Source of the DNA: Mobula hypostoma
Lineage: Eukaryota
Assembly (NCBI RefSeq): GCF_963921235.1
Contig: NC_086108.1
Span: forward strand, 37,264,001 to 37,328,000
Direction of reading: 5' to 3'
DNA length: 64,000 bases
The position numbers and the translations under genes were made by a program. Below the pieces are notes generated by a model. It had not been told where the DNA came from, did no database searches, and was given only the letters and a program-made list of their open reading frames with translations. Positions 25,654 to 35,487 of this stretch are shown one piece after another (the first letter of the stretch is position 1; each line of letters starts with the position of its first letter).

Positions 25654-26212
25654 GGTTTTTCGTCCATCGTTGACGTCGATGAGGACCTCGACACCATTAT
25701 GATGGTGTTGAGACTAGCGCGTGATTTGGATTTAAGTGAGGGAGAGTTGCGCAGCGTCAGCCTCACTCTCTCTTCCCAATTCCCATCTGGATCCAGTGGC
25801 AAGACAGAGTCTAGATGGCTGGAGATGGGACTAGGCGCAGTGGATGACCAGGACGTCTTCTGTGTCTTGTCCTGCTCTACATGTTCCACGATGCTTGCAG
25901 AGACCGCCTTCTTGACCGTTGGACCTTCCGTAGGTCTCGTCCGCTCAATCCGCCGGAGTCTGTCTTCACATGCTGGGATAGACAACTCCCTATCACACCG
26001 AGGGTTTGAGACCCGTCGGCTTCCCTCACCTGGTTTAGCCGGCTTGTCGAAGCCGTTGCCCGGGGTGTGGCCGCTGTCGCATGCAAACAGCTACGGGGAG
26101 CCACAGGTAAGAGCTGAGTGCCAGGTGGGGACCAAAGGTGGACTAACCGCCCTGAAAAGGACACGACGTGTTCCCCCACCAGAGGTGATACCCCTCCCTG
26201 ACACCCCTCTCT
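25654..26212 (-). mobile_element. Full-length non-autonomous RTE-type retroelement (~560 bp)
   Basis: Perfect 11-bp TSD CTCCCATTACT (25643-25653, 26213-26223); CpG-rich (young); RTE-like 5' and 3' ends; no RT ORF. Confidence 0.85.
26025..26207 (-). ncRNA. HDV-like self-cleaving ribozyme at the 5' end of the RTE-type element
   Basis: Minus strand: P1 GGGGUGU/ACACCCC, P2 CUUACCUG/CAGGUGAG, P3 GGC/GCC, L3 UCCCCGU, P1.1 CC/GG, P4 CGGCUU-CGAC-AAGCCG, J4/2 GCUAA with the putative catalytic C. Confidence 0.8.
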
Positions 26213-26809
26213 CTCCCATTACTACATACCATTCAAAGTCAAGTCTTACACACAGCACCTTTATTATTTAAAGTGGCTTTTAGAGTTTCCACCATGGTTT
26301 GAGATTAGGCTGTAAAATTTATATCTCTCACATAGCATCACAGCAAAGAGTTTCTATGCGTAATTCTGCAGAAATTATTTCATTGGATAAGGAGCATCAA
26401 GTACCCCACGCAGGGTTATCCATGCAGTGCTGCATCAGAGTTTTACTTAAATTGTAGCGTATTTACCAAGTTTTTTTTTCAAAATTGGAGAGGGAATTTT
26501 GGAAACTTTATGCTTGCAGGAAAATTCATTTCTTTCAGAAGACAAAGCAGGCAAATTTTTGTTTACATGGAGATTTTAATCCAATTATTATTTATATTAA
26601 ATATATTTACCAAGTTAAGGTGGTTAAGACAATTAGTATTCCTAGAAACCAATTATAAAATATCAAGTTAATCTCTCTGAACAGAAATCTAGGAATGTCT
26701 TTTCAAATTCTTTAACCATTTGTGTATTACCAAAGTTTTTACTCCCATCGCATTTTACACTTGCAACAGTACAGTCATTGACTGTCATCAATAGGTTTGA
26801 TGGTGTGGT

Positions 26810-27530
26810 GTTCACTGAGCTTGGCAAGTAGTTTACTGATGTTTTATCACCAGTCAAGGTGACATCCTCAGTGTTCAGTTGTTGGTGTTTCTCTGTGGCA
26901 GTGCTTGCATTTATATAGCGCGCCTCGCCACCCCCGTTTTCATGCCTTGGTCCTGATTGGCTACTCCTTCACTTGACCTTTGAATTCTATTGGCTTGTGT
27001 TTTATGGCACCTAGGGTTCATAGATGATGTCTATTTCCATATATTTGTTTACGGAGTTATCAGAAGAGGACCATGCTTCTAGGAATTCCTGTGCCTGCCT
27101 ACTGTTGCATCAGAACATCCGTGTATCCCAGTTAAAGTGGTGTCAACCAACAAAAGCAATGTGATATACAGATCACCTGTAGAGACTACAACATGAACTA
27201 TGTAGGCCAGGCAGGACGTAAACTCTCAACTCGTTTACAGGAACACCAACTGGCGGTACGGAGACACGATCCATTGTTGCTGATCTCAGTACTTGAAAAC
27301 CAAGAAGGACACCACTTAAAATGGGACACGGCAGAGGTTCTGGCACAGGTAAACATGAGGGAGGTACAAGGGTTTTTAGAAGCGTGGTTCTCTTCTGATA
27401 ACTCCATAAACAAAGAACTGAGGCTGTCACTCAACTGGTGATGATGAAACATCTGGAAGCTAATGGCCAAGCTCATCGAACACTACAACATCAAAGGGCT
27501 CAACCTGAGCTACCAATATTCACCACCGTC
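26810..27530. mobile_element. Second Penelope family: inverted segment (26810-27145, minus) joined to plus-strand GIY-YIG remnant (27145-27530)
   Basis: ORF 27193..27441 NYVGQAGRKLSTRLQEH..EGHHLKWD..FLEAWFS..SINK; the same region is present on the minus strand immediately upstream; hammerhead-like remnants at 26838-26871 (-) and 27418-27453 (+). Confidence 0.8.
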
Positions 27531-27899
27531 CCAAGGAATAGGAGCAGGAGTTGGTCATCCTGTCCTTTGAGCCTGCCCGATCATTCATAGCTGATTTTTC
27601 TTAGGATAACCTGCTTCTATACAATGACTACCTAAACACAAATGTTTCACTTGTTTCTTATGTAACATATACTTATTCACCTTTAGTGTATTTTGTGCCA
27701 TGGAGTATTTTCATTACTTTTTTTTACTCAGAAAGTCCTGCTCTGTGAAAACGCATCTCAAAAAATAACATCCAGTCTCCAAGTTATCTGTCATCAAATT
27801 AATTGTTCTTAGTTTGAACATCCAATTATCTTATAAAAACTTCAAAACAATAATCTACAAATAAAATCTAGATGAATATGTGGCTGAACAGTTGGTGTA

Positions 27900-28625
27900 G
27901 AGGGGCAGGGGCAGTTTGTAGAACATGTTCTACTTGGAGTTCGGTGACCATTGGTGTTTTGCAGGGATCTGTTCTGGAACCCCTGCTCTTTGTGATTTTC
28001 ATTAAAGAACTGAAATGAAGAAATGGAAGGGTGGTTTAGTATGTTTGCAGATGATACAAAGGTTGGTGGTGCTGTGGATAGTGTAGAATGTTGTCAAAGG
28101 TTACATTGGAATATTGATAGGATCCAGAACTGGACTGGGTGGCAGATGGAGTTCAATCTAAAAAGTGTGAGTGATTCAATTTGGAAGGTTGATCTTGAAG
28201 GCAAAGTACAGGGTTAATGGCAAGATTCTTAGCAGTTCAGAGTAACAGAAGGATCTCAGGGCCAACACCTACAGATCCCTGAAAGTTGCTGTGAAAGGTG
28301 ATAGAAGGTTAAGAAGGTATAGGATGTATTGTTTTTTATTAGTTGGGGGATTGAGTTCAAAAGCCACAAAGTAATGTTGCAGCTCTACAGGTCTGGTTTG
28401 ATCATAGTTTGAGCATTGACAGACACATGGAATGCAGTCCCAAGTGGTGGCAGAGGCAAATACGTTAGGGACATTTAAGAGAATTTTAGATAGATACTTG
28501 GATGAAAGAAAAATGGCAGGTTATGTAGGAGGGAAACATTAGATTAATCTTGGAGTAGGTTAAAAGGTCAGCACATCATCATGTGCCAAAGGACCTGTAC
28601 TATGCTTCCTGTTCTATATTTTATG
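27900..28625 (+). mobile_element. Decayed CR1 fragment
   Basis: QGSVLEPLLFVIF; SMFADDTKVGG; CR1-type 3' end. Confidence 0.8.
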
Positions 28626-28653
28626 TAAATAATCAGAACTGAACTTTTGAATC

Positions 28654-29585
28654 TGCTACCGGGTTTGGTTTTCATAGGGCAAGTTGGAGTACCACAGGCC
28701 AAGCCATTTACATCCAGTGTAAAATATGAGAGGGACTGTGTGACGCCAAACCAAGCTATCGGACGATTGATGCTAATTGGAGAGATAAGAGAGACAATGG
28801 AGGAACATTCAAAATGCTAATAAGAGAGGAGAGAGGGATTAACAGAAAAAAAAACACAATTCAGAATATTGACAGACCAGTTGCTTTGAACCTGAACTGT
28901 TTGAAGTTTGATGGACAGGCGATACCCCAGCAGGCGGATAAAAAGAATAGGTTCGTTAAGGCACGGGACACACCACGAGACCACGAGATAACGAGCCCCT
29001 GGAAAGAGCAGTGTACCCCCACAAGTTGGTTGGAGTTTGGAGGTCCGGTTCGCGGGAACTGACCATAGGCTCACAGGGTGTAAAGGTACGATCGGTGGGA
29101 ACCTGGTGTGTGTGTCCGCCCTTGCCTGGGTGCCGGGTTCGCCGCAGGAGAATGATCGTATCCGGAACGGAGCGGTCACAGTCGGTGACCACAGCAGAAT
29201 AGAAGACATCAAAAACTGTCTGTCCGAAACCAACTGTGAAGACATTAAATGTCTGCCTGAATCAAATTGCATCCCCTTCCCTCTCTCTCTCTCCAACGGC
29301 ACAACAGCGATTACTGTGAACTGTACTAAGCTGAACTGAACTCTGCGTCACTTAAGACTGATCATTTTACCCCTAGACTGCGATGGAGCTTGGTTGATCC
29401 CTATTACCCTAGTTCTGTGTACATGTATGTAGTATCATTGCTAACCTGTTGCATTTATATCCTTACGATTAAGAGTACTGTGTTACTTATTTCTTTAATA
29501 AAACTTTATTAGTTCCTAGTAATCCAGACTCCAATGAGTGGTCCATTTCTGCTGGTTGGGCAACCCAGTTACGGGGTACGTAACA
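28654..29585 (+). mobile_element. Probable solo LTR
   Basis: Ends in GTAACA with a degenerate TGCTAC start; AATAAA near the 3' end; CpG-rich; TSD not resolved, so the left boundary is uncertain. Confidence 0.65.
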
Positions 29586-29896
29586 ACTGAAACAAATGGC
29601 AAATCTATTAGTAATTCTAAATTACAGTAAGCAGTCACATTTTCATTTTGCCTATTACTAAAACCTATGGAATTTATTCCTGCAGCTGCTGGAACCTATT
29701 GTTGAGTCATTACCTGCTATACCAAAAACACTGTTAAACATGTTCAGCATATTGATCACATCACATTCAAATGAAAAAAATCAGTCTGTATACTATTTGC
29801 TAATTTCATGCATTGCACTTGTGCTGTGGAATATTTCAAGGAAATTACATGGTTCCAGTTTAATCTGAGGCAACAGAAAGAATACAAATGAAATAC

Positions 29897-30680
29897 TAGC
29901 AACACACATCAAAGTTGCTGGTGAACGCAGCAGGCCAGGCAGCATCTGTAGGAAGAGGTGCAGTCGACGTTTCAGGCCGAGACCCTTCGTCAGGACTAAC
30001 TGAAGGAAGAGTGAGTAAGGGATTTGAAAGTTGGAGGGGGAGGGGGAGATCCAAAATGATAGGAGAAGACAGGAGGGGGAGGGATAGAGCCAAGAGCGGG
30101 ACAGGTGATAGGCAAAAGGGGATACGAGAGGATCATGGGACAGGAGGTCCGGGAAGAAAGACAAAGGAGGGGGGGACCCAGAGGATGGGCAAGAGGTATA
30201 TTCAGAGGGACAGAGGAAGAAAAAGGAGAGTGAGAGAAAGAATGTGTGCATAAAAATAAGTAACAGATGGGGTACGAGGGGAAGGTGGGGCCTTAGCGGA
30301 AGTTAGAGAAGTCGATGTTCATGTCATCAGGTTGGAGGCTACCCAGACGAAATATAAGGTGTTGTTCCTCCAACCTGAGTGTGGCTTCATCTTTACAGTA
30401 GAGGAGGCCGTGGATAGACATGTCAGAATGGGAATGGGATGTGGAATTAAAATGTGTGGCCACTGGGAGATCCTGCTTTCTCTGATGGACAGAGTGTAGA
30501 TGTTCAGCAAAGCGGTCTCCCAGTCTGCGTCGGGTCTCGCCAATATATAAAAGGCCACATCGGGAGCACCGGACGCAGTATATCACCCCAGTCGACTCAC
30601 AGGTGAAGTGTTGCCTCACCTGGAAGGACTGTTTGGGGCCCTGAATGGTGGTAAGGGAGGAAATGTAAGGGCATGTGTAA
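29897..30680 (-). mobile_element. Young PLE copy, nearly identical to 6550-7330
   Basis: GVIYCVRCSRCGLLYIGETRRRLGDRFAEH..RLEEQHLIFRLGSLQPD; same 3' region. Confidence 0.93.
29962..29997 (-). ncRNA. Minimal type I hammerhead ribozyme motif (identical to 7227-7262)
   Basis: Reverse complement AGTCCTGACGAAGGGTCTCGGCCTGAAACGTCGACT. Confidence 0.85.
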
Positions 30681-31094
30681 GGCCACAAATGAAATACTGT
30701 AGGCTTGGCTTCCAAAGGTTGGAAGCATAATTTTGAATTTTCTACCAGTAAGGCTAACAATACAACCACAAATAAAGCAAAGAGAATGGAAAAGCAGAAT
30801 ATTTTGTGAGGCAAGTGAATCCTGGTTTTCAGAGAGATCAAAATGACCATGCACAAGAAGCAAATAGGGTACTGCTGCCCAGTAGACCACGTGTTTTAGG
30901 CTGTGCTGATATATTACACTCAGTGGCCACTTTATTCAGGACCTCCTGTACCTGATAAAGTATCTACTGAGTGTGTGTCCGTGATCTTCTTGTGTAGCCT
31001 ATCCACTTCAAGGTTAGACATGTTGTGCATTCAGAGATACTTTTCTGCACACCACTGTTGTAACATGTGGTTATTTGATTAAGGTATCTTCCTG

Positions 31095-34000
31095 TTAGAA
31101 GGAAGGACAGGAATAGAAAGATAAGAGAACCCTGGATGTCCAGAGAGGTGATGAATTTAGTCAAGAGAAAAAAGGAAAAGTACTTAAAGCTACAGAAGTT
31201 AGGATCAAATGGAGCACATGAGGATTATAAAGAAACCAGAAAATAACTAAAGAAGGGAATTCGGAAAATCAGAAGGGGCCATGAAAAGTCCTTGGCAAGT
31301 AGGATTAAGGTGAATCCCAAGGCATTCTCTACATACATCGGGAGTAAGAGGATAACTAGGGAGAGAGAAGGACCACTCAAAAATAAAGGAGGGGAACATT
31401 TGCTTGGATGCAGAGATTGTGAGTGAGGTACTTAATGAATTCTTTGCTTCAATATTTACCAAGAAAAATGACATGGAGGACCAGGAGATCAGTGCTGAGT
31501 GTATAAATACAGTATGTTAGGGTGTTTAGAGGTCAAGGAGGAGGAAGTGTTGGGCCTCATAATGAGAATTAAATGCCATCTTAGTCCATTACTTTTTGAT
31601 ATTGCCTTGGAACCTTCAGCTATTGGTATTCGAGACTCACCTAATATATTTGGCATTACCCGTGGGAATAAGACACACAAGTTATCTCTATATGCAGATG
31701 ATTTATTACTATATATCTCTAACCCTGAGAAATCCATTCCGGCAGTAATATGCCTGCTTGCTCAGTTTAGTAGCTTTTCTGGCTATAAATTGAATCTTAG
31801 TAAGAGTGACCTTGTTCCATTAAATATGCAGGTTCCCATTTATAGGCGTTCACCATTCAGATTCACTACTGATTATTTTACCTATTTGGGTAGTAAAATT
31901 ACTAAAAAGCATAAAGACTTATTTAAGTTTAATTTTTTACCACTAATTAATCAGGTTAAACAAGTGTTTACTAAATGGTCTCCATTATCTTTATCACTGA
32001 TCGGCCAAATCAATGCTATCAAAATGATTATTCTACCTGAATGTTTATATCTATTTCAAGCGATACCAATTTTCATTCCTAAATCCTTTTTTGATACTGT
32101 TGATTCTAAAATTTCCTCTTATATATGGCAGAATAAAAATCCCAGATTAAGTAAAAAATACTAACAAAAGTCCAAAAAAGACGGTGGTTTGGTACTGCAG
32201 AATTTAAGATTTTATTATTGGGTAATTAATATTTGATATTTAATATTTTGGACACAAGATTGGGATATAATTCCAAGTCCACACTGGGTTAACCTTGAAC
32301 GTAATTCTGTACAAGGGTTCTCATTGGTTTCTATTTTAGGAATTTTGCTTCCCTTTGCTCTCTCTAAATTGAATAAACAAATGACTAACCCAATAATTAA
32401 ATACACTGTACAAATATGGTTTCAATTTCATAAATTTTTTGGTTTGAACAAATTTATTTTATCAAGTCCTATTATGTCTAATTTTTTTCCAACCCTCTGT
32501 AATGGATCAAGCCTTTTTGATATGGAAAATGAAGGGTATAGTATGTTTACGTGATTTATTCTCTGATAACTGTTTCATGTCTTTTGAACAGTTGTCAAAT
32601 AAATATAATTTGACCAGATCCCAGTTTTTTATATAAGACACTTTTTAAATACTATGCTTCCTACCTTTCCGACTTCACACTCAACCCTTATCCGAAGGGT
32701 TTAATAGCAATATTTATGACATAATTATGAAAATGCAACCAGGCATATCCAATAAAATTAAGAATGAATGGGAAAGGGTACTTCAACTTCAATTATCTAT
32801 AGAGAAATGGGAGAAAATTTTTCAATTAGTTAGTTTTTCTTCCGTGTGTGCTAAACATACGTTGATACAATTGAAGGTGGTGCATAGGGCCTACATTTCT
32901 AAAGATAAACTAGCTCGCTTTTACTCTCATATAAATCCTGTTTGTGACAGATGTCATTCTGAAGTAGCTTCTTTCACTCATATATTCTGGTCTTGCCCTC
33001 TTTTGAAAAAATGTTGGAAAGATATTTTTGATATCATTTCAACAGTGTTGCATATTGATTTGCAACCTCATCCTATTACTGCAATTTTTGGTTTACCAAT
33101 GATGGAACATAGTTCTCTATCCTCTTCAGCCCATTCGATGATTGCATTCGTTACATTAATGGCTAGAAGATCCATTCTATTGAATTGGAAAGAAAAAAAT
33201 CCCCCTACTACATTTCAACGATTTTCCCAAACTATATCATGTTTGAATGTAGAAAAAATCAGAAGTGCTACTTTTGATCCTTCAGTTAAATTCGAGGAAA
33301 CTTCGAGGCCATTTATTCAATATTTTCATATGATGTAGTCTGACCTTTTCCAAATCCTTTTAATTAACCTAGGATATATGGATGGAGGAGCGGAGTTAAC
33401 GACATTAATGACGTATTCGATGCAACATATCAGCCTAGCCTTGATTTGTTTTGTTTAGATTAGTTCTTTTTTTTTGGTTCAGTTTAGTTTTTTTTAAATT
33501 TGGGTTTTTTTTGATATTTTTTCTTTTTTTTCTCTGCCATGTTCAATCATACTAAGAGTTTGGGAGGTCGAATAAACTGGTATTATCTGTAGTTTTTAAT
33601 TGCGTATGTCAATTATTAACAATGGAATCACAATCTCTCTGTATTAATACTGTTGTTATGTCAGTATGTTTGAAAATCGATAAAAAGATTATAAAAGAGA
33701 ATTAAAGTGGATGTCCCCAGGGCCTGATGGTATTTTCCCCAAGTTATTGAAGGTGGCAAAAGACAAAATTTCTGGGGTCTTTCTGTCCTCTCTAGGCACA
33801 GTGAGATCCTAAGAACTGGCAAGGGGATAATGTTGTACCTCTACTTAAGAAGGCAACAACAGGAAATCCTGGGAATTTTAGACTGATGAGCCTCACGTCA
33901 GTTGTAGGGAAATAGCTGGAAAACATTCTTAGGGATTGGCTAGATGAACATTTTGAAACCCATGGCCTTATTAGGGAGAGCCAGCATGGCTGTGTGCAGG

Positions 34001-34735
34001 GCAGTTTGTGTCTTACCAACTTGATTGAGTTTTTTGACAGGGTGACGGGTAAGATTGATGAGGGTAGGGCAGTGATGTTGCCTACATGGATTTCAGAAAG
34101 GCTTTTGACAAACTTCATCATGAGAGGCAAATCCAGAAGATCAAGATGCATAGGGTCAACAGTGAACTGGCTGTTTGGATTCAGAACTGCCTTGCACATA
34201 GAAAATGGAGGGTAGTGGTTGAACGGACTTATTCGAGCTGGAGGTCTGTAATTAGAGGTGTTTCACGGGGATCTGTGCTGGGACATTTGCTGTTTGTGAT
34301 GTATATAAATGACCTTGGTGACAATGTAGATGGGTGGGTTAGTACGTTTGCAGATGGTACCAAAATTGGTGGAGTTGTGGACAGTGTTGAAGACTGGCAA
34401 AGAATACAGTGTAATATAGATCAGTTGCAGATATAAGCAGAGAAATGGCAGATGGAGTTTAACCCAAATAAATGTAGTGTTGAACCTTGGTAAGTCAAAT
34501 GCAAGGAGACAGTACACTGTTAAAGGCAAGATCCTTAATAGTGTTGCTGAGCAGAGAGATCTTGGTGTCCTAGTTCAGAGCTCCTTGAAAGTGGCTATAG
34601 AGGATGGTTAACCACCCTATACACAGAGTATAGGGTGGTTAAGAAAGCTTATGGAATGTTTGCTTTTATTGGTTGAGGCACTGAGTTCAAAAGTCAAGAG
34701 GCCCTGTTTCTGCGCTGTGCTGTTCTATGTTCCAT
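31095..34735 (+). mobile_element. Decayed CR1 ORF2 (31095-31573 and 33697-34735) interrupted by L1
   Basis: KVNPKAFSTY; SEVLNEFFASIFT; CLTNLIEFF; MDFRKAFDK; GSVLGHLLFVMYINDL..TFADGTK; tail GTTCTATGTTCCATGTTCC. Confidence 0.88.
31574..33696 (+). mobile_element. 5'-truncated L1-clade LINE (ORF2 RT C-terminus, CCHC domain, 3' UTR)
   Basis: LSPLLFDIALEP, LSLYADDLLLY, SGYKLNLSKS, CDRC..HIFWSC; T-rich 3' UTR with A-rich end; 10-bp TSD GAGAATTAAA (31564-31573, 33697-33706). Confidence 0.93.
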
Positions 34736-35428
34736 GTTCCTTTCAGCTTTAACCACTCTGGCCATTCCCCTCTGACCTCCCCATTAGCAAGGCACTTTTG
34801 CCCACAGAACTGCTGCTCACCGGATGCTTTTGTTTTTCACACCATTCTCTGTAATCTCAAGAGATCGTTGCACATGAAATTTCCAGATGATCTGCAGTTT
34901 CTGAGATACTCAAACCATCCTCTCTGTCACTAACAATCATTCCACAGTCAAAGTCACTTAGATCACATTTCTTCCCTATTCTGATGTTTGGTCTGAATGT
35001 TTATATATATAAAAACACATACAGATCACACATACACAAACACAAAGTGACCTTGGGAGTTTAGAGGCTACCCGCTACCCCCAGGGTAAATGGCTCTGAA
35101 ATGCCAACTCCTTCTTGCTAGCTGAAAGTAATTGCATTACTGCACACCTGGGAGCAGGTAAAGCACCAGAACTGGATCTATGATGATGGGGCAAGAACTG
35201 GATGCGCTAGGCAGCATGTCTACATCACTGCTCTCCTATTCCATGACTTCCCTGAGGATTTCAAGTATGTTATTTGCATAAATATTGAATAGAGTTCTCA
35301 AAGATTTAGTGGCTGGCTTGAACCACTCCTGCACTTTGGCAATTCACACAAAGGGAAAATGACGGATATTTCCTCCTGCTTTGCCTCCGCTCGGCTGATC
35401 TTTGCATCTCCATCTCCGTCTCACACAG

Positions 35429-35487
35429 ATCCTTTCTGTCCGTCTTCCTAATGCTGAACAAAGATATTCTCAAGCAAACTGCAGATT
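35429..35487 (+). other. Candidate short exon (or 3' part of a first exon encoding MLNKDILKQTAD) of an unidentified gene
   Basis: Pyrimidine-rich run ending CACACAG, strong donor ATT|GTAAGT, repeat-free context. Confidence 0.35.

Larger units (their letters stand above)
30917..35000 (-). mobile_element. Tc1/mariner-derived remnant in two pieces (30917-31080 and ~34740-35000), split by a CR1/L1 nest
   Basis: TA-CACTCAGTGGCCACTTTATT terminal motif; the two pieces read as contiguous Tc1-like 5' transposase sequence on the minus strand. Recognised by eye. Confidence 0.6.

Noticed and set aside
25579..26271. 230-aa plus-strand ORF
   Set aside because: Antisense to the GC-rich RTE-type element, crosses both TSDs and has no recognisable domain.
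30293..30856. GIY-YIG ORF with a hydrophobic N-terminus as a domesticated membrane or secreted nuclease
   Set aside because: The N-terminus is flanking DNA fortuitously in frame with a 5'-truncated young PLE copy.
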